A stretch of 63,681 bases of DNA, filler included, from Guillardia theta CCMP2712 (taxonomy: Eukaryota > Protista > Cryptophyta): the NCBI RefSeq assembly GCF_000315625.1. It is 4 parts of 4 records of this genome, joined end to end, with 100 filler letters (N's around TTAATTAATTAA, not from the genome) between each part and the next. Parts side by side here need not be neighbours in the genome. Positions count along the whole stretch, not along the records: positions 61,842 to 63,681 come from NW_005434562.1; 3 more parts are not named here. The stretch is one strand, 5' to 3'. A model generated the notes under the pieces. The model saw nothing but the letters and a program-made list of their open reading frames with translations. It did no database searches and was not told the DNA's origin. Positions within the stretch are counted from its first letter, which is position 1; the number at the start of each line of letters is the position of its first letter. Shown one piece after another: positions 62,670-63,681 of this stretch. The translations under genes and the position numbers were made by a program.

Positions 62670-63681
62670 TCTTGACACTCTTGACAGCTTTCCCATCGAC
62701 TTTCCGACGAGCTGCAGAAGCAAGAGACAAAGTTCCGCAGCGTCCCCGTGCCGCACGCCATGATGGACATGGAGCTGAGGAGGATGCAGCAGCAGGAGGA
62801 GGAGCGCAACTACCGCAAGAAGGACCGCAAGGAGAAGATCCTCAGCCAGTCCTCGCTCCCTCCTCGAATGCAGAAGTACCAGGAGGAGTTCGGGAACCGC
62901 GGAGCTGTAAGAGGAGGAGAGTAGGGCGGGACACACGTGACTGACAGGAGGAGCAGGGGAGGAGGGGAGGAGCGGAGGGTATCACAGCAGAGCACACGTT
63001 CCGTCCCGCCCCCCCCAAGATCGTCCCTGACTTCAAGAGCATGCAGAAGGCCTTTGAGGACGAGCTCGCGGGTCAGTTGAACCCACTGAAAGCCTCCGCC
63101 ACCACCACCTCCCTTCCTCCTCCCTTCCTCCTCCCTTCCTCCTCCTCCTCCTCTTTCTCCTCCTCCTTACTCTTCCTCCCCTCCTTACTCCTCCTCCTCC
63201 TCTTCCTCCTCCTCACTTTTAGTCTTCCCCTTCTCTCCCTGCCCTCACGCTCTTGTCAGAGTACAAGAGTCGCAACCTTTCGTCAATGAAGAAGAGCGAG
63301 CTCAAACCTTTCTTCCTCCGCAGCGAGTGGGTCAAATTTGAAGCCTTTGCGAAATTCCGTGAAAATATGAGGTGAGGAGGAGGGAGAAGGGGAGAGGGAG
63401 AGGGAGGGAGAGGGAGAGCGGATGATAAAGTAGGGACAGGAGGAGGAGGTCAGGGAGGTTGGGGTTGGTGTGGAGGACGAGGGTTGTTGGAGTGTGGGGA
63501 GGGTGAGGGCTGACTGGATGGCAGGGGCTCAAAGTGAACAAAGCTGCTCCTGAGAGCAAACTGAAGGAGATGAATCTTTCCTCGTCCTCCAGCCAGTGGG
63601 AGCTCATTCAAGGCCTCATCAACCGTGACGTGGGAGGAAATACTGGTCAGCCCAGATTCCTCCTCCTCCTCCTCCACCACC
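61560..63681 (+). CDS. FAM161 (UPF0564)-like microtubule/ciliary protein, fragmented by gaps, partial
   Basis: KFRSVPVP, KILSQSSLPPRM, IVPDFKSMQKAFEDEL, LKPFFL, ERWPFKSNR, LRRQAIQKAM, ERSLLM motifs resemble FAM161A/B blocks. Confidence 0.72.

Overview
Gene-dense, intron-rich eukaryotic nuclear DNA with many ~45-60 nt GT-AG introns, GAG/CAG/GAGAG microsatellites and N-gaps. Bipartite signal-peptide + 'A-F' plastid presequences point to an alga with a red-derived complex plastid, most likely a cryptophyte (Guillardia/Hanusia-like; inference). Recognisable genes: SRP receptor alpha, plastid carotenoid cleavage dioxygenase, RCC1-repeat/C2 protein, EngB/YihA GTPase, Cdc25 phosphatase, ankyrin-FKBP fusion, thylakoid-lumen pentapeptide-repeat protein, SDS22-like LRR protein, OCRL/INPP5B, a polyQ protein with p25alpha-like repeats, a head-to-head GPx/GST pair with ER-targeting features, a GT17-like glycosyltransferase and a FAM161-like protein. 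The best candidate for something undescribed is a non-coding island (~58.5-60.4 kb). It holds two diverged ~240-nt elements that fold by eye into similar branched rods, each preceded by the same four ordered sequence blocks, with a hairpin-bearing 58-bp tandem array between them. Other notable items are an unknown plastid protein built from two ~50-aa repeats, a second 58-bp array that can be read as repeated micro-exon/intron units, and FAM161 exons in swapped order across a gap. All exon boundaries and RNA pairings were inferred by eye; no searches or folding programs were run.
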